Assembly (NCBI GenBank): GCA_902773325.1
Contig: CACYDW010000173.1
Location: 11,315-75,314 of the forward strand
Origin: an uncultured Ruminococcus sp.
GTDB lineage: Bacteria > Bacillota > Clostridia > Oscillospirales > Acutalibacteraceae
Direction: 5' to 3'
Length of the DNA stretch: 64,000 nt
The notes under the pieces are model-generated. The model did not search any database. It saw nothing but the letters and a program-made list of their open reading frames with translations, and had not been told where the DNA came from. Made by a program: the position numbers and the translations under genes. Below, piece by piece: positions 63,242 through 64,000 of this stretch; position 1 is the stretch's first letter, and each line of letters starts with the position of its first letter.

Positions 63242-64000
63242 ATGAGCGATTTTACAGGTTTGTCCAATTCATCCCGTGAGCTTACGGATTATGTCCGGAA
63301 CTCTTATATTTATGCCGATTCAACGGTCAATATTTCCGCAGCCGACAGCGCCGGTTATGTAGTGGGAGATCTGTACAGAAACCTGCCGGTCGCAGCTACC
63401 AATCAAAGGCATGTTCTTGGTACAACAAGAGCCAATATTACAGCCAGCAACCGCTTTGAACGGCTCAATTATTTCGATGTAATCAATATTTCGGGATCAA
63501 ATGTAGTTGTTTCGTCAAATGAGTCCATAGGAGGAAGCATGACGGACAGCAGCATTACTGCCTACGGTTCTGTTTTTCCCGGTTATGTCGGTCAGATTGC
63601 CGTAACCAACGGCGCAAAGCTGGTTCTTGATCATCAGGCTATAATAAATAATTATTACAGCAACCCGGCACAGGGAAATTCACATTATCAGGAAACTGAC
63701 AGGACAATTAAAGCCAACAGCTATGACGATTCCTATCTGTTATCACACAGTTGGGTGGGAGAATCCAGCGAGAACAGGCGTTCTATGAGTACTGTATCGA
63801 TCAACGGTCCGAGCGTAGGCATAACGGCCGCTTCGGCAACAGTCTTTAACGAGGCAACAGATGTTTGCGGTCTTTTGATTCACGGAACGGTTCAGGGACA
63901 GCTTGGTTCTCAAACCGACTTCGGCAGAACAGCCGGCTATTCCACTCTTGAGGTTACGGGAACACCTCTTTACAGTCACGATGATGACTACTATTACTAT
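63242..64000 (+). CDS. Continuation of the giant surface protein (same frame, open to the window end)
   Basis: This is the same reading frame as 61370..63232, only 3 codons after the TAA. There is no signal peptide and no obvious RBS. The frame stays open for 253 codons to the window end. Confidence 0.6.
   Translation, partial: MSDFTGLSNSSRELTDYVRNSYIYADSTVNISAADSAGYVVGDLYRNLPVAATNQRHVLGTTRANITASNRFERLNYFDVINISGSNVVVSSNESIGGSMTDSSITAYGSVFPGYVGQIAVTNGAKLVLDHQAIINNYYSNPAQGNSHYQETDRTIKANSYDDSYLLSHSWVGESSENRRSMSTVSINGPSVGITAASATVFNEATDVCGLLIHGTVQGQLGSQTDFGRTAGYSTLEVTGTPLYSHDDDYYYY

Noticed and set aside
58990-64000. Calling the recombinase-to-giant-gene region an integrated mobile element
   Set aside because: No att-like direct repeats, tRNA target, phage genes or conjugation genes are visible in the window. 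The recombinase could equally be a chromosomal Xer-type enzyme.

Overview
This is a 64-kb chromosomal segment from an endospore-forming Firmicute of the class Clostridia. That placement rests on sigG, a spoIIM-like gene, whiA, the ctsR-mcsA-mcsB-clpC operon, a clostridial ferredoxin and a V-type ATPase; the exact taxon cannot be determined from this window. Coding density is high and about 60 CDS are supported. All identifications are by eye from motifs; no searches were run.

Most of the window is core housekeeping:
- split methionine synthase
- rsmI, maf and two DD-carboxypeptidases
- the ctsR operon with clear CtsR boxes, followed by ispF
- a Tyr T-box leader with tyrS, then nusB and glmM
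- a nine-gene ntp V-type ATPase operon
- hprK-murB-rapZ-whiA
- a GH13 glucosidase

Four regions look accessory or unusual:
1. A tightly packed Dlt-like operon (1192-6754, minus strand) encodes an adenylation enzyme, a carrier protein, an MBOAT and a GDSL protein. It also carries a fold-type-III PLP decarboxylase, which the canonical dlt pathway lacks.
2. A glycan-synthesis cluster (30183-40226) is built only from soluble, partly giant fusion enzymes. These include a GT2-GT4-coiled-coil protein and a fusion of a pyruvyl transferase, two [4Fe-4S] motifs, an FrhB-like module and a beta-sandwich-like tail.
3. A 147-nt structured repeat occurs twice, each time directly after a stop codon. One copy sits inside the ATPase operon.
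4. A module at 58990-64000 encodes a recombinase, a signal peptidase and a giant surface protein. The giant gene has five 23-residue His2Cys2 repeats and an in-frame TAA.

Two short genes missing from the ORF track were found by hand: a 56-aa ferredoxin and a 57-aa ORF.
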